Source of the DNA: an uncultured Actinomycetota bacterium
GTDB lineage: Bacteria; Actinomycetota; Actinomycetes; Mycobacteriales; Mycobacteriaceae
Direction of reading: 5' to 3'
Assembly (NCBI GenBank): GCA_963716465.1
Contig: CAVQTS010000010.1
Location: forward strand, 2,657 to 66,656
DNA: 64,000 nt
Shown: in pieces, positions 10,118 to 22,226 of the stretch
Layout: the number at the start of each line of letters is the position of its first letter
Numbering within the stretch: position 1 is the stretch's first letter
Notes under the pieces: model-generated
Told to the model about the DNA's origin: nothing
Database searches by the model: none
What the model saw: only the letters and a program-made list of their open reading frames with translations
Translations under genes and position numbers: made by a program

Positions 10118-10327
10118 ATGCGAGGCCGCGGAATCGTGGGTGTGATCGTGGTCGTGTGGCTGCTGATCGGCGTGTTCGCTACCTGGCAGCGCGGTTACTT
10201 TTCGGGCAGCGAAGCCAACTGTGCTACGGCAGGGTCCATCGCACTGACCGTCGTGGTCGGTCCGTTGAACTACGCAGGGGTCAACCCAAAGGTGACCAAC
10301 TGCAACCTGCCGCGACCCAGCCAGTAG
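10118..10327 (+). CDS. small membrane/secreted protein with two cysteines
   Basis: SD GGGAGG, hydrophobic N-terminus, 69 aa. Confidence 0.75.
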   Translation: MRGRGIVGVIVVVWLLIGVFATWQRGYFSGSEANCATAGSIALTVVVGPLNYAGVNPKVTNCNLPRPSQ

Positions 10328-10369
10328 TGGAGCGAAAACAGTTCAGCAAGTTACATTTTGGAGGAAGCA

Positions 10370-10525
10370 ATGATCGTGCTCGGAGCAATTCTGCTCATCC
10401 TCGGGTTCGTTCTGAAGATCCAGATTCTCTGGACCATCGGAGTCATCCTGCTGGTGGTCGGTGCAGTCCTGTGGCTGCTGGGTGCGGTGGGCCGCCCCGT
10501 CGCGGGACGCCGCTACTGGTATTGA
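10370..10525 (+). CDS. 51-aa hydrophobic membrane protein (not in the ORF track)
   Basis: SD GGAGG; MIVLGAILLILGFVLKIQILWTIGVILLVVGAVLWLLGAVGRPVAGRRYWY, a common small actinobacterial family. Confidence 0.8.
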   Translation: MIVLGAILLILGFVLKIQILWTIGVILLVVGAVLWLLGAVGRPVAGRRYWY

Positions 10526-11157
10526 CCGATCGCGCGGGACTGACGGTCGCCGGCCGACGACACCGCGGCCACCGTCATCGCCCGTAGTACGTCGCGTGAA
10601 TGCCCCGGGTCGGACGCCCGGGGCTTCATGCTGTGTGGAGTCGAATTGAGCAGACCGAAGACGGCGTGCGCCATCAGACGCGCGTCGGCCTCGTCCAGGT
10701 GTGGGTCGAGGTCGCGCAGCGTGCTCACCCAGACCTCCACGTAGCGGCGCTGCGCGCGGCGCACCTGGCGTTGCGCGGGGGCGGGCACGTTGTCCAGGTC
10801 GCGGTCCTGGATGCGGATCAGGTCCGACTCGCCCAGCGCGAAGTCGAGATGGAACTCGATCAGGCCGTCCAGCGCTGCCGGCGGGTTCGGTGCCTCGGCC
10901 ACCACCGCCTGGGCACCGGCCAGCAGTCGGGTGCTGATCCCCACGAGCAGTTCGACCAACAGCGCTTCCTTGTTGGGGAAGTGCCGGTAGATGGCCGGTC
11001 CGCTGACGCCCGCGGCCGAGCCGATGTCCTCGAGCCGGACGGCCAGGAAGCCCCTCTCGGCGATCAGCCGTTCGGCGGCGGTCAACAGAGCCGAGCGGCG
11101 GTCGGACTTCTGCCGGCTGCGCCGTGTGGCTTCCTCTGACATCGGACCCTCCGGCAA
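10513..11157 (-). CDS. bkaR: TetR-family repressor of the branched-chain keto-acid operon (Rv2506-like); start may be 11142
   Basis: TetR HTH RGFLAVRLEDIGSAAGVSGPAIYRHF; divergent from accD1. Confidence 0.88.
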   Translation of the reverse strand: MPEGPMSEEATRRSRQKSDRRSALLTAAERLIAERGFLAVRLEDIGSAAGVSGPAIYRHFPNKEALLVELLVGISTRLLAGAQAVVAEAPNPPAALDGLIEFHLDFALGESDLIRIQDRDLDNVPAPAQRQVRRAQRRYVEVWVSTLRDLDPHLDEADARLMAHAVFGLLNSTPHSMKPRASDPGHSRDVLRAMTVAAVSSAGDRQSRAIGQYQ

Positions 11158-11174
11158 CGCGTCTGGACGTCTCG

Positions 11175-11215
11175 GTTAATCTTCACTAACCTAACACGAG
11201 TTAGTCGTCATTAAC
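11175..11215. promoter_or_regulatory. two BkaR operators, GTTANT-N4-ANTAAC
   Basis: GTTAAT-CTTC-ACTAAC (11175-11190) and GTTAGT-CGTC-ATTAAC (11200-11215) match the BkaR motif as I recall it. Confidence 0.85.
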
Positions 11216-11233
11216 TCAGACGGGACTGCGACG

Positions 11234-12784
11234 ATGACTTCACCGGCTGCGAACCGTGAGGCGCACCTGCAACTCGTCGATCAGTTGCGCGCCAAGCTGG
11301 CCGAGGCGGCGCTGGGCGGATCGGAACGGGCTCGCGAGCGCCACGTGGAGCGCGGGAAGCTGCTTCCCCGTGACCGGGTGGACGGACTGCTCGACCCGGG
11401 CAGCCCGCTGCTCGAGATCGCGCCGCTGGCCGCCGACGGCATGTACGACGACGACTGCCCTGCCGCCGGGATGATCACCGGTATCGGCCGGGTCTCCGGG
11501 CGCGAGTGCATGATCGTCGCCAACGACGCCACCGTCAAAGGCGGTACCTACTACCCGGTGACGGTCAAGAAGCACCTGCGCGCCCAGGAGATCGCGCTGC
11601 AGAACCGGCTGCCCTGCATTTATCTGGTCGACTCCGGCGGCGCATTCCTGCCCCGCCAGGACGAGGTGTTCCCCGACCGCGACCACTTCGGCCGCATCTT
11701 CTACAACCAGGCCACCATGAGCGCTCAGGGCATCCCGCAGATCGCGGCGGTGCTCGGATCGTGCACCGCCGGCGGCGCCTACGTGCCCGCGATGAGCGAC
11801 GAAGCGGTGATCGTGCGCAACCAGGGCACGATCTTCCTCGGCGGGCCGCCGCTGGTGAAGGCCGCCACCGGAGAGGTGGTGACCGCCGAGGAACTCGGCG
11901 GCGGCGATCTGCACTCCAAGACCTCCGGCGTCACCGACCATCTGGCGCACGACGACCGCGACGCGCTGCGCATCGTCCGCCGCATCATCGCCACCCTGGG
12001 CCCACGCGAGCAGCGGCCCTGGGCCGTCCGGGCTAGCGCCGACCCGATCGTCGACCAGCACGAGCTCTACGACGTGGTGCCGGTCGACGCGCGGGTGCCC
12101 TACGACGTGCACGAGGTGATCACCCGCATCGTCGACGGCGGCGAGTTCACCGAGTTCAAAGCCGAATACGGTACGACACTGGTCACCGGATTCGCCCACA
12201 TCCACGGCCACCCGGTCGGCATCGTCGCCAACAACGGCGTGCTGTTCGGCGAATCCGCGCTCAAGGGAGCACATTTCATCGAACTGTGCGACAAGCGAAT
12301 GGTGCCCCTGGTGTTCCTTCAGAACATCACCGGCTTCATGGTCGGCCGAGACTACGAGGCCAGTGGCATCGCCAAGCACGGTGCCAAGATGGTGACCGCC
12401 GTGGCCTGCGCGCGGGTACCCAAGCTGACCGTGGTCATCGGCGGCTCGTACGGTGCCGGCAACTACTCCATGTGCGGGCGGGCCTACTCTCCGCGCTTCC
12501 TGTGGATGTGGCCCAACGCCCGCATCTCGGTGATGGGCGGCGAACAGGCCGCCTCGGTGCTGGCCACGGTGCGCGGCGAGATGACCGCCGAGGAGGAAGA
12601 AGCCTTCAAGGCGCCGATCCGCGCACAGTACGAAGAACAGGGCAACCCGTACTACTCGACCGCCCGGTTGTGGGACGACGGCGTGATCGATCCCGCCGAC
12701 ACCAGAACAGTTCTGGGACTGGCGCTTTCGGTGACCGCCAACGCGCCCGTCGAATCGGTGTCCTACGGCGTGTTCAGGATGTGA
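11234..12784 (+). CDS. accD1: acyl-CoA (methylcrotonyl-CoA-type) carboxylase beta subunit
   Basis: [40 protein letters not shown]. Confidence 0.93.
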   Translation: MTSPAANREAHLQLVDQLRAKLAEAALGGSERARERHVERGKLLPRDRVDGLLDPGSPLLEIAPLAADGMYDDDCPAAGMITGIGRVSGRECMIVANDATVKGGTYYPVTVKKHLRAQEIALQNRLPCIYLVDSGGAFLPRQDEVFPDRDHFGRIFYNQATMSAQGIPQIAAVLGSCTAGGAYVPAMSDEAVIVRNQGTIFLGGPPLVKAATGEVVTAEELGGGDLHSKTSGVTDHLAHDDRDALRIVRRIIATLGPREQRPWAVRASADPIVDQHELYDVVPVDARVPYDVHEVITRIVDGGEFTEFKAEYGTTLVTGFAHIHGHPVGIVANNGVLFGESALKGAHFIELCDKRMVPLVFLQNITGFMVGRDYEASGIAKHGAKMVTAVACARVPKLTVVIGGSYGAGNYSMCGRAYSPRFLWMWPNARISVMGGEQAASVLATVRGEMTAEEEEAFKAPIRAQYEEQGNPYYSTARLWDDGVIDPADTRTVLGLALSVTANAPVESVSYGVFRM

Positions 12785-14775
12785 CGATGTTTACCAGTGT
12801 CCTTGTCGCCAACCGGGGCGAGATCGCCGTGCGCGTCATTCGAACACTGCGCGCGATGGGCATCCGCTCGGTCGCGGTATACAGCGACGCCGATGCCGGT
12901 GCGCGCCACGTCGCCGAGGCCGACGTCGCGGTGCGCATCGGGCCGCCGCCCGCGCGACAGAGCTATCTCGACATCGAGGCGGTGGTGGAAGCCGCCCGCA
13001 GGACCGGCGCGCAAGCCGTCCACCCGGGTTACGGATTCCTCTCGGAGAACTCCGATTTCGCCGCGGCACTCGAGCGCGCCGGAGTGACGTTCATCGGGCC
13101 GCCCAGCGGTGCGATCCGCACGATGGGCGACAAGATCGCGGCTAAGGCGGCGGTGTCCGCGTTCGGGGTTCCGGTGGTTCCCGGCATCGCCCGGCCCGAC
13201 CTGAGCGATGCCGACCTGATCGCGGCGGCCGACGACATCGGCTTCCCGATCCTGGTCAAGCCGTCCGCCGGTGGCGGTGGCAAGGGCATGCGTCGGGTCG
13301 ATCGTGCCGGGGATCTTCCGGCCGCGTTGGCCGCGGCCCGCCGGGAGTCCGGTGCGGCGTTCGGCGACGACACCCTGTTCCTCGAGCGATTCGTGCTGCG
13401 GCCCAGGCACATCGAGGTCCAGGTCCTCGCCGACGGCTACGGCACCGTTCTGCACTTCGGCGAACGCGAGTGCAGCCTGCAGCGCCGACATCAGAAGGTC
13501 ATCGAGGAGGCTCCGTCGCCGCTGCTGGACGCGGCCACCCGCGCCCGCATCGGGGCCGCCGCCTGCGACACCGCCCGCAGCGTCGACTACGTGGGTGCGG
13601 GCACCGTCGAGTTCATCGTGTCCGCCGACAAGCCCGAAGAGTTCTTCTTCATGGAGATGAACACCCGACTGCAGGTCGAGCATCCGGTCACCGAACTCGT
13701 CACCGGTTGGGACCTCGTCGAGTGGCAGGTCCGCATCGCGGCGGGGGAGAAGCTACCCGCCGGCCAGGACGACATCACGATGCACGGGCACGCCATCGAA
13801 GCCCGCATCTACGCCGAGGACCCCGCCGCCGGCTTCCTGCCGACCGGTGGGCCGGTGCTGGGATTGCTGGAACCGTCCGGCCCGCACGTCCGGGTGGATT
13901 CCGGCCTGGCGGTGGGGATGACGATCGGCAGCGACTACGACCCGATGCTGTCGAAGGTGATCGCCTACGGCCCGGACCGCGCAACGGCATTGCGGACGCT
14001 GGACCGCGCGCTGTCCGACACCGCCGTGCTCGGCGTCGGCACCAACGTCGAATTCCTGCGGTTCCTGCTGGCCGACGACGACGTGGCGGCGGGACGGCTC
14101 GACACCGGCCTGATCGACCGGACGGTCTTCACCGCTGAACCCCCCGGTGACGAGACCTTCGTCGCGGCAGCCGCATATCGATGGCTCCAGCTGTGGGCCG
14201 ACGCCGACGCCGACCTCTGGGACGTGCCGACGGGCTGGCGCCTCGGCGAACCAGCGCCCACCAGTCTTCGGCTGCGGTCAGGCGCACGCACCGATCACGT
14301 CCACATCACCGGCACGCCCGGGCATGCTGTCGCGCGGGTCGAGGACGGTGAAACCCGTTCCCTGTCAGCCCAGTTGAGCGGTGATGTGCTGGCGGTGACC
14401 ATCGACGGGCTTCGTGCCACCTACACCGTCGCCACCGCCGGGCATCAGATCTGGCTCGCAGCTGCGGGCCCGACGGTGATGGTCGAGGAGGTCCGCGAAG
14501 CGCCGGTCCGCCCCGACGACGCCCACAGCGGAGATGCCGAGCTGCTCAGTCCCATGCCCGGTTCGGTTGTCGCCGTTGGTGTTTCCGACGGGCAGACCGT
14601 GACCGCGGGGACGGTGGTGGTCGCCGTCGAGGCGATGAAGATGGAACATTCGCTGACCGCGCCGGTCGACGGCGTCGTAGAGCTTCTGGTCGCCGTCGGC
14701 GACCAGGTCAAGGTGGGCCAGCTGTTGGCCAAGGTCATAGCCGCCACGAAAGAGAAAGCAACATCCGATGAGTGA
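12781..14775 (+). CDS. accA1: biotin carboxylase / biotin carrier alpha subunit
   Basis: [32 protein letters not shown] biotinylation motif. Confidence 0.93.
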   Translation: MTMFTSVLVANRGEIAVRVIRTLRAMGIRSVAVYSDADAGARHVAEADVAVRIGPPPARQSYLDIEAVVEAARRTGAQAVHPGYGFLSENSDFAAALERAGVTFIGPPSGAIRTMGDKIAAKAAVSAFGVPVVPGIARPDLSDADLIAAADDIGFPILVKPSAGGGGKGMRRVDRAGDLPAALAAARRESGAAFGDDTLFLERFVLRPRHIEVQVLADGYGTVLHFGERECSLQRRHQKVIEEAPSPLLDAATRARIGAAACDTARSVDYVGAGTVEFIVSADKPEEFFFMEMNTRLQVEHPVTELVTGWDLVEWQVRIAAGEKLPAGQDDITMHGHAIEARIYAEDPAAGFLPTGGPVLGLLEPSGPHVRVDSGLAVGMTIGSDYDPMLSKVIAYGPDRATALRTLDRALSDTAVLGVGTNVEFLRFLLADDDVAAGRLDTGLIDRTVFTAEPPGDETFVAAAAYRWLQLWADADADLWDVPTGWRLGEPAPTSLRLRSGARTDHVHITGTPGHAVARVEDGETRSLSAQLSGDVLAVTIDGLRATYTVATAGHQIWLAAAGPTVMVEEVREAPVRPDDAHSGDAELLSPMPGSVVAVGVSDGQTVTAGTVVVAVEAMKMEHSLTAPVDGVVELLVAVGDQVKVGQLLAKVIAATKEKATSDE

Positions 14776-15931
14776 CCTCCTGTCCACCGGACTCCTTCCC
14801 GAGGAGTACGAGCAACTGGCCAAGACCGTGCGGGACTTCGCACGCTCGGTGGTCGCCCCCGTCTCGGCCAAGCACGACGCCGAACACTCCTTCCCCTACG
14901 AAATCGTCTCGGGCATGGCCGACATGGGCCTGTTCGGTCTGCCGTTCCCCGAGGAGTACGGGGGCATGGGCGGCGACTACTTCGCCTTGTGCCTGGCCCT
15001 GGAAGAACTCGGCAAGGTCGACCAGAGTGTGGCGATCACCCTGGAGGCCGGTGTCTCGCTCGGCGCGATGCCGGTCTACCGGTTCGGTAACGAGGTGCAG
15101 AAGCAGGAATGGCTGCCGCAGCTGACCAGCGGCGCGGCGCTCGGCGCGTTCGGCCTCACCGAGGCCGGCGGCGGCACCGACGCCGGCGCCACCAAGACCA
15201 CCGCGCGCATCGACGACGGCCATTGGGTGATCAACGGCTCCAAGCAGTTCATCACCAACTCGGGCACCGACATCACCAAGCTGGTCACCGTCACCGCTGT
15301 GACGGGAACCGTCGGCGACCGCCGGGAGATCTCCTCGATCCTGGTGCCGGTTCCCACCCCCGGCTTCACCGCCGAACCGGCCTACGACAAGGTCGGCTGG
15401 AACGCCTCGGACACCCACCCGCTGACTTTCGAGGATGTCCGCGTCCCCGAGGAGAACCTGCTCGGCGAACGGGGCCGCGGCTACGCCAACTTCCTGCGCA
15501 TCCTCGACGAAGGCCGCATCGCGATCGCCGCGCTGGCGACCGGTGTCGCTCAGGGCTGCGTCGACGAGAGCGTCAAGTACGCCAAGGAGCGAACCGCCTT
15601 CGGCCAGCCGATCGGGCGCTTCCAGGCCATCGAGTTCAAAATCGCCCGCATGGAGGCGCGGGCGCACGTGGCCCGCACCGCGTACTACGACGCGGCGGCT
15701 CTGATGCTGGCGGGCAAGCCGTTCAAGAAGGAAGCCGCGATCGCCAAGATGGTCGCCAGCGAGGCCGCGATGGACAACGCCCGCGACGCCACCCAGATCC
15801 ACGGCGGCTACGGGTTCATGAACGAGTACCCCGTCGCGCGCCACTACCGCGACAGCAAAATCCTCGAAATCGGCGAAGGGACAACAGAAGTGCAGCTGAT
15901 GCTCATCGCAAGGGAGTTGGGCGTCGCATGA
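14768..15931 (+). CDS. fadE19: acyl-CoA dehydrogenase
   Basis: [35 protein letters not shown]; synteny. Confidence 0.92.
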   Translation: MSDLLSTGLLPEEYEQLAKTVRDFARSVVAPVSAKHDAEHSFPYEIVSGMADMGLFGLPFPEEYGGMGGDYFALCLALEELGKVDQSVAITLEAGVSLGAMPVYRFGNEVQKQEWLPQLTSGAALGAFGLTEAGGGTDAGATKTTARIDDGHWVINGSKQFITNSGTDITKLVTVTAVTGTVGDRREISSILVPVPTPGFTAEPAYDKVGWNASDTHPLTFEDVRVPEENLLGERGRGYANFLRILDEGRIAIAALATGVAQGCVDESVKYAKERTAFGQPIGRFQAIEFKIARMEARAHVARTAYYDAAALMLAGKPFKKEAAIAKMVASEAAMDNARDATQIHGGYGFMNEYPVARHYRDSKILEIGEGTTEVQLMLIARELGVA

Positions 15932-16416
15932 GTGAGCCGGTCGGGGAGAAGGTCGTCGAGCAGCGCGGCCTGTGGTTCGAGGAGTTCGAGCCGGGCGTGC
16001 GCTACCTGCACCGGCCCGGGCGCACCATCACCGAGGCCGACAACGTGCTGTTCACCACGTTGACGATGAATACCCAGGCGCTGCACCTGGATGCGGCGTT
16101 CTCCGACGCGCTGCCGCCGTTCCACCAGCGACTCGTCAACTCGATGTTCACCCTCTCCACCTTGGTGGGTCTGTCGGTCGCCCAGTTGACGCAGGGCACC
16201 ATCGTCGGCAACCTGGGCTTCTCCGAGATCGCCTTCCCCAAGCCGCTGTTCCACGGTGACACGCTCTACGCGGAGACCGTCATCACCGAGAAGCGCGAGT
16301 CCAAGAGCCGCCCGGGAGAGGGCATCGTGACGTTCGCCCACACCGGGCGCAACCAGCACGGCGACATCGTGGCGACGGCGAGCCGCAAGACCATGGTTCG
16401 GAAGAAGCCCGTCTGA
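15928..16416 (+). CDS. MaoC-family dehydratase (Rv2499c-like)
   Basis: GLWFEEF, RTITEADN, PLFHGDTL. Confidence 0.9.
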   Translation: MSEPVGEKVVEQRGLWFEEFEPGVRYLHRPGRTITEADNVLFTTLTMNTQALHLDAAFSDALPPFHQRLVNSMFTLSTLVGLSVAQLTQGTIVGNLGFSEIAFPKPLFHGDTLYAETVITEKRESKSRPGEGIVTFAHTGRNQHGDIVATASRKTMVRKKPV

Positions 16417-17234
16417 TGGCACTTGAGAATCCCGGGCCGGCCTGGCTGTTCTGCCCCGCCGACCGTCCGGAACGCTTCGAAAAAGCGTCGGCGACAGCCG
16501 ATGTCGTGATCCTCGACCTCGAGGACGGGGTGGCGGCCAAGGATCGTGCCGCCGCACGGGAGGCGCTGCTGGCCACTCCGCTCGATCCCGGTCGCACCGT
16601 GGTGCGGGTCAATCCGTCTGGCACCGAGGACCACCCCCGCGATCTCGAGGTGCTGGCTCGCACGCCGTACACGACGGTGATGCTGGCCAAGACCGAGTCC
16701 GCCGGACAGGTTGCCGCGCTGGCCCCGCTGGATGTGGTGGTCCTCGTCGAGACTCCGCTCGGTGCGCTGGCCGTGACCGAAACGGCGCGGGTGGCCAACG
16801 CGTACGCGGTGATGTGGGGAGCCGAGGACCTGTTCGCCGTGACCGGCGGCACCAACAACCGCTTCCCGGACGGCACCTACCGCGACGTCGCCCGCCACGT
16901 GCGGTCGCAGAGCCTGCTGGCTGCGAAGGCGTTCGGCAAGCTCGCGCTCGACTCGGTGTTCCTCGACATCAAGAACCTCGACGGCCTGCGCGCCGAGGTC
17001 GACGATGCCGTCGCCGTCGGCTTCGACGTCAAGGTGGCCATCCATCCCAGCCAGGTCGCCGTCATCCGCGACGGCTACGCGCCCACGGCCGATCAACTCG
17101 GGTGGGCACGACACGTACTGGCCGCCGCCCGCGATGAACGCGGTGTGTTCCAGTTCGAGGGCATAATGGTAGATGCCCCGGTGCTGCGGCGAGCAGAGCG
17201 CATCGTCCAGCTCGCGCCCGATCCCGGCCGTTAG
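16416..17234 (+). CDS. citE: CitE-family CoA ester lyase
   Basis: LFCPADRPERF, ILDLEDGVA, MWGAEDL, AIHPSQ. Confidence 0.9.
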   Translation: MALENPGPAWLFCPADRPERFEKASATADVVILDLEDGVAAKDRAAAREALLATPLDPGRTVVRVNPSGTEDHPRDLEVLARTPYTTVMLAKTESAGQVAALAPLDVVVLVETPLGALAVTETARVANAYAVMWGAEDLFAVTGGTNNRFPDGTYRDVARHVRSQSLLAAKAFGKLALDSVFLDIKNLDGLRAEVDDAVAVGFDVKVAIHPSQVAVIRDGYAPTADQLGWARHVLAAARDERGVFQFEGIMVDAPVLRRAERIVQLAPDPGR

Positions 17235-17338
17235 CTGGCACTCCGCCACAACGGATCTTGCTCTGACCGCCTCCGCACTGAGCAGACTTGAGGTCGTGAC
17301 GGCCAAACATGCCGTCGACGTGGCCATAAGGAGGCGGC

Positions 17339-18391
17339 ATGGGTCGATTGGTGCAACACATCGCACCGGACGGAACCGCGAATGCGGACTCCGACTATCG
17401 CCTGCCGCCGGAAACCTTGGCCTGGCTCTACGAAAACCTGATCGTCACCCGAGATCTCGACGGCGAGTTCGTCAACCTGCAACGCCAGGGTGAACTGGCC
17501 CTCTACGCGTCGTGCCGTGGTCAGGAAGCCGCCCAGGTGGGCGCGGTGGCCTGCCTGCGCAAGACCGACTGGCTCTTCCCGCAATACCGCGAACTCGGCG
17601 CCTTCCTGGTGCGTGGCATTGCACCCGCGCAGATGGCCGCGGTATGGCGCGGCGCGTGGCACGGCGGCCTGCAGTTCACCCGGAAGTGCTGCGCGCCGAT
17701 CGCGATTCCGATCGCCACCCATGCCCTGCACGCCGTGGGTGCCGCGATGGCGGCTCAGCGGCTCGGTGAGGATTCTGTGACGGTGGCCTTCCTCGGTGAT
17801 GGCGCGACGAGCGAGGGCGACGCCCACGAGGCGATGAACCTGGCCGCCGTCGACAAGGTGCCGTGCGTGTTCTTCGTGCAGAACAACCAGTGGGCGATCT
17901 CGGTGCCGGTGAGCCGCCAGCACGCCGGACCGTCGATCGCGCACCGCGCCTCCGGCTACGGAATGGCCGGAGTCATGGTGGACGGCAACGACGTTCTGGC
18001 CTGCTATGCGGTGATGAGCGAGGCGGCCGAACGGGCCCGCGCCGGTGAGGGGCCCACGCTGATCGAAGCGGTCACCTACCGGATGGGTCCGCACACCACG
18101 TCTGACGATCCCACCCGCTACCAGCCCGCAGAGGAACTCGACGAGTGGGCCGCGCGGGACCCGATCACCCGCTACCGCAGCTACTTACAGCGCATCGGGG
18201 TGCTCACCGACCGGCTCGAACAGCGGGTGAGCGCCCGCTCCGCACGGCTGCGCGCCGAACTTCGCGACGCCGTGGTCGACGCTCCGGATCCGGACGTGGG
18301 CGAGCTGTTCGACACCGTCTATGCCGAGATCACGCCGCTGCTCGCGGCCCAACGCGAGCAGTTGCTCGCCGAGATGGCGAAGGAGATCTGA
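17339..18391 (+). CDS. bkdA: branched-chain keto-acid dehydrogenase E1 alpha
   Basis: GQEAAQVG, GDGATSEGD...NN TPP-binding motif, YRMGPHTTSDDP. Confidence 0.92.
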   Translation: MGRLVQHIAPDGTANADSDYRLPPETLAWLYENLIVTRDLDGEFVNLQRQGELALYASCRGQEAAQVGAVACLRKTDWLFPQYRELGAFLVRGIAPAQMAAVWRGAWHGGLQFTRKCCAPIAIPIATHALHAVGAAMAAQRLGEDSVTVAFLGDGATSEGDAHEAMNLAAVDKVPCVFFVQNNQWAISVPVSRQHAGPSIAHRASGYGMAGVMVDGNDVLACYAVMSEAAERARAGEGPTLIEAVTYRMGPHTTSDDPTRYQPAEELDEWAARDPITRYRSYLQRIGVLTDRLEQRVSARSARLRAELRDAVVDAPDPDVGELFDTVYAEITPLLAAQREQLLAEMAKEI

Positions 18392-18392
18392 G

Positions 18393-19409
18393 ATGACCCA
18401 GATCATCGAACGGCCCCCGAAATTGACCGACCTGCCGGCGATCACAACTCTGACCATGGCACAGGCGATCAACCGCGCACTGCACGACGCGATGGCTGCC
18501 GACGAGCGCGTGCTGGTGTTCGGCGAGGATGTCGCGACATTGGGCGGGGTGTTCCGAGTGACCGAGGGACTGTCCGAAACATTCGGCGCTCCAAGGTGTT
18601 TCGACACTCCGTTGGCCGAGTCCGCGATCATCGGCATCGCCGTCGGCCTGGCTATCCGCGGGTTCGTGCCGGTACCCGAGATCCAGTTCGACGGCTTCTC
18701 GTATCCGGCGTTCGACCAGATGGTCAGCCACCTGGCCAAGTATCGGATGCGCACGCGAGGCGAAGTCGACATGCCGGTGACCGTGCGCATCCCGTCGTTC
18801 GGCGGCATCGGAGCGGTCGAGCACCATTCGGAATCGACCGAGACCTACTGGGCCCACACCGCCGGGCTCAAGGTCGTGGTGCCCTCGACTCCGTCGGACG
18901 CGTACTGGCTTCTGCGGCATGCGATCAGCTCCCGTGACCCGGTCGTCTACCTCGAGCCCAAGCGCCGCTACTGGACCCGCGACACCGTCGACTTCGCCGA
19001 TCCGGCACCGCCAATCGGCCGGGCCGCGGTTCGCCGGTCGGGCGGGGACCTCACGGTGATCACCTACGGCGGTCTGGTCGCCACCGCGCTGAACGCCGCC
19101 GAGATCGCGGAGTTCGACCTGGAGGTGATCGACCTTCGATCACTGAGCCCGCTGGACTTCGACACCGTCGCGGCCTCGGTCCGCAAGACCGGCCGGGCGG
19201 TGGTCATGCACGAGGGGCCGCGCACCCTGGGTTTCGGCGCCGAACTGGCGGCGCGGATCTCCGAGGAACTGTTCTACGACCTGGAGTCACCGGTGCTGCG
19301 CGCCACCGGATTCGACACACCGTATCCACCGGCGCGCATGGAGAAGGTCTGGTTGCCCGGGGTCGACCGGCTGCTGGACTGCGTCGAGAAAGCGATGCGA
19401 CGGCCATGA
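18393..19409 (+). CDS. bkdB: branched-chain keto-acid dehydrogenase E1 beta
   Basis: FGEDV, FDTPLAE, EIQFDGF, EHHSES. Confidence 0.92.
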   Translation: MTQIIERPPKLTDLPAITTLTMAQAINRALHDAMAADERVLVFGEDVATLGGVFRVTEGLSETFGAPRCFDTPLAESAIIGIAVGLAIRGFVPVPEIQFDGFSYPAFDQMVSHLAKYRMRTRGEVDMPVTVRIPSFGGIGAVEHHSESTETYWAHTAGLKVVVPSTPSDAYWLLRHAISSRDPVVYLEPKRRYWTRDTVDFADPAPPIGRAAVRRSGGDLTVITYGGLVATALNAAEIAEFDLEVIDLRSLSPLDFDTVAASVRKTGRAVVMHEGPRTLGFGAELAARISEELFYDLESPVLRATGFDTPYPPARMEKVWLPGVDRLLDCVEKAMRRP

Positions 19410-20512
19410 GCGACTTCCTGGTTCCCGACCTCGGTGAGGGCCTGCTGGACGCCACGATCACCCGATGGGCCGTCTCGGTCGGCGACGTCGTCGAACTCAA
19501 CCAGACGCTGTGCACCGTGGAGACCAACAAGGCCGAGGTCGAGATCCCCAGCCCGTACGTCGGCCGGATCGTCGCCTTCGGCGGTGCGGAAGGCGAGACC
19601 CTGGCCGTCGGAACGTTGTTGGTGCGCATCGACACCGGTGGAGAGGAGAAACGCACGCCAGTTCTGGTCGGCTACGGAACCGACAACGGCATGGACCGCA
19701 GTCGACGGCCGCGTGCCGCACCGAAGGTCCGCAAGCTCGCCGCTGAGTTGGCCGTCGAGCTGTCCGGCCTGCAGCCCGGGTCGGGCGCCGACGGCATCAT
19801 CACCGACCAGGATGTGCTGGCGGCTGCGGGGTCTGATACTGAAACCATTGCAGTACAGGGTGTTCGGGCCCGGATGGCTACGCAGATGACGCTGTCGCGC
19901 AGCCGCATCCCCGACGCGCACGCCAGTGTTCAGGTGGATTGCTCTGCGCTACTGCGGTTGCGGGATCGGCTGGAGGTGACCCCCTTCGCCCTGACGTTGC
20001 GGATGCTCGTCATCGCACTGGGCCGTCATCCGGTAATCAACGCCACGTGGCTGGAAACCGAAGACGGCCCGCGGATTCAGCTGCATCGCGGCGTTCGGCT
20101 GGGCATTGCGGTGGCCACCGATCGGGGACTCGTGGTCCCGGTGATCCCCGACGCCGATACGCTGACCACGCGGCGGCTCGCGGCCGCAGTCGACGACACG
20201 GTCGAGCGGGCCAGGAGGGGCGCCCTTTCTCCAGCGGAACTCGGCGGGTCGACGTTCACGGTGTCCAACTTCGGTGCGCTCGGACTCGACGAAGGCGTTC
20301 CGGTGATCAACTACCCCGAAGCGGCGATCCTCGGAATGGGTTCGCTGAAGCCGAGGGCGGTGGTGGTCGACGACGCGGTGGTTGCCCGGCCGACGATGAC
20401 CTTGACATGCGCCTTCGATCACCGCGTCGCCGACGGCGCGCAGGCGGCGGCGTTCCTCGCCGACCTTCGTAGCCTGATCGAGGAGCCGGCGATCGCGCTG
20501 CTGGAACTCTAG
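19406..20512 (+). CDS. bkdC: dihydrolipoamide acyltransferase E2
   Basis: ETNKAEVEI lipoyl motif, DHRVADG catalytic motif. Confidence 0.92.
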   Translation: MSDFLVPDLGEGLLDATITRWAVSVGDVVELNQTLCTVETNKAEVEIPSPYVGRIVAFGGAEGETLAVGTLLVRIDTGGEEKRTPVLVGYGTDNGMDRSRRPRAAPKVRKLAAELAVELSGLQPGSGADGIITDQDVLAAAGSDTETIAVQGVRARMATQMTLSRSRIPDAHASVQVDCSALLRLRDRLEVTPFALTLRMLVIALGRHPVINATWLETEDGPRIQLHRGVRLGIAVATDRGLVVPVIPDADTLTTRRLAAAVDDTVERARRGALSPAELGGSTFTVSNFGALGLDEGVPVINYPEAAILGMGSLKPRAVVVDDAVVARPTMTLTCAFDHRVADGAQAAAFLADLRSLIEEPAIALLEL

Positions 20513-22182
20513 GCCTGCGGGTAGGGCGCATAGCGCTTGTCGTAGGCCAGTTTTCGGGCCGCGAGTTGAGCCTGGCGCTCTGCTTCGGTGACGGTGGGGA
20601 GACCGCTGAGTTCGTTCAGCTTCACGACCTGAGAGCTGACGGTCGGGTCGACGTCGGAGGCCGGGTCGAAGTCCTGGAACCGGATCGAGATTGTGCCCTG
20701 GTTGAGGCCGCCGGTGGACACCCAGTTCGCCACACCGGGATCGGTGGGGGAGACGACGATCGTGTATGTGCCGTCGGCGTTCTTCACGGACTGGGCGATG
20801 TTGAGGCTGGTCTGCTGGTCCCAGTAGTTGCTGGTGATAGTCCAGTCATTGGTGACCGGAACGCTGAAATACCCTGCGTTGCCGGGATTGATCGTGATGA
20901 CCAGTGCCTCGTCGTCGGCAAGCTGGAAGTAACCGGCGCTCTGCAACTGGGTTGCCAGGAACGCCGCGTTGTGGTCGGGGCTCGACAGGACGTTGGGCGG
21001 CTGTTGCTTGCCGGTCACGGAATCGTTGGTCGCGACACCCATGTACTGGTTCTCTCCCTTGATGCCGAGAAGCAGCATGATCGCGGCGGTCTCGACCGAC
21101 TGCAGCAGTCGGGGGGCGGGAAGCGGCGGGATGATCGAGACCAGGCGGGTCAGCAGCGGGCTTTTCGAAACCAACGTGCCGATTCCCGGGAAGGCGAAGC
21201 CGCCGAACTGGCTGAACAGGCTGTCGGGGGGTCCGCTGACCCGCTGGATCGATAGACTCATCGGATCTTGAGTGGTCCAGTCCGACAATGTGTTTCGGGT
21301 GGTGATCAACGTCGCACCCGGCGCCAGATAGAGATGGTTGGTCTGCCCCGGCGCGGTCGGCGTGGAGTCGACGGTGATGCTGAACGAATTGTCCGCGTTC
21401 AGCACGAGGTCCTTGCCGTTGATGTTGTCGGCGGTCGCGCCGTTCAATCCGGTCAGGACGCTGAAGTTGGTGTCCGCCGGCATTCCGCCGCTGAACTTCC
21501 CGGTGATCACATAGGACGAGACGGTGTTGACCCCGACGAAGCGGTAGATGGTGTCGGGGTTGTCGTACCAGATTCTGGAACCGGCGAAGTCCTGGCCGTA
21601 CCAGCTGTGCGTCGGCGCAACCTGCTGAAAGATCTTGGGGTTGTTGGAGTCCAGCAGCTGAACCTCCATCGCGGCCTGATCCGCGTACTCGTCGACCGCC
21701 TGGTCCAACTGCGCGAGGTTCGCCTGGTCCGGGCCGCCGACGGCGGCGAAGTTCTTGTTCGCCGCTGCCCGCCAGCCGATCTTGAGTACTGCCTTGGAGA
21801 GCCGCACCGGCAGTGAGTTGGCGAGCCGCGTCGCGGTCTGCTCGCCGGCGAGCTGATCGGGTGTGGCGAGCACGCTGACGTCCTGGGCGTTCTGCGAAGC
21901 CTGGACCTGTTCGACTTCGCGGCGCGCGTAGGCGAGCGCATCGGAGACCGTGGCCGCCCCGGTCGGCTGCGCCGGGCGGGTCGGGGTCGCGCTGGCCGTC
22001 ACGTGCACGGTCCCGGTGGGTTTGGCTGGGTTTCGGTGCGCGCTCGCGCCGGCGGAGCTGCCGGTGTCGGCCGCCGCGACAGCGGTATTGCTGCCCACCG
22101 CGACGCCGACCCCGAGCGCGAATGCGAGCGCCCCGATCCGCCCGACATACCGTGCGTGGCGACTCTCTGTGGTGCGGCTCAC
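20509..22182 (-). CDS. secreted protein with C-terminal DUF1214-like domain
   Basis: Signal [43 protein letters not shown]. Confidence 0.7.
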   Translation of the reverse strand: MSRTTESRHARYVGRIGALAFALGVGVAVGSNTAVAAADTGSSAGASAHRNPAKPTGTVHVTASATPTRPAQPTGAATVSDALAYARREVEQVQASQNAQDVSVLATPDQLAGEQTATRLANSLPVRLSKAVLKIGWRAAANKNFAAVGGPDQANLAQLDQAVDEYADQAAMEVQLLDSNNPKIFQQVAPTHSWYGQDFAGSRIWYDNPDTIYRFVGVNTVSSYVITGKFSGGMPADTNFSVLTGLNGATADNINGKDLVLNADNSFSITVDSTPTAPGQTNHLYLAPGATLITTRNTLSDWTTQDPMSLSIQRVSGPPDSLFSQFGGFAFPGIGTLVSKSPLLTRLVSIIPPLPAPRLLQSVETAAIMLLLGIKGENQYMGVATNDSVTGKQQPPNVLSSPDHNAAFLATQLQSAGYFQLADDEALVITINPGNAGYFSVPVTNDWTITSNYWDQQTSLNIAQSVKNADGTYTIVVSPTDPGVANWVSTGGLNQGTISIRFQDFDPASDVDPTVSSQVVKLNELSGLPTVTEAERQAQLAARKLAYDKRYAPYPQA

Positions 22183-22226
22183 ACAGCGGACTCTAAGTGT
22201 CCGGGGTGTCCATTACTATCGAACAC

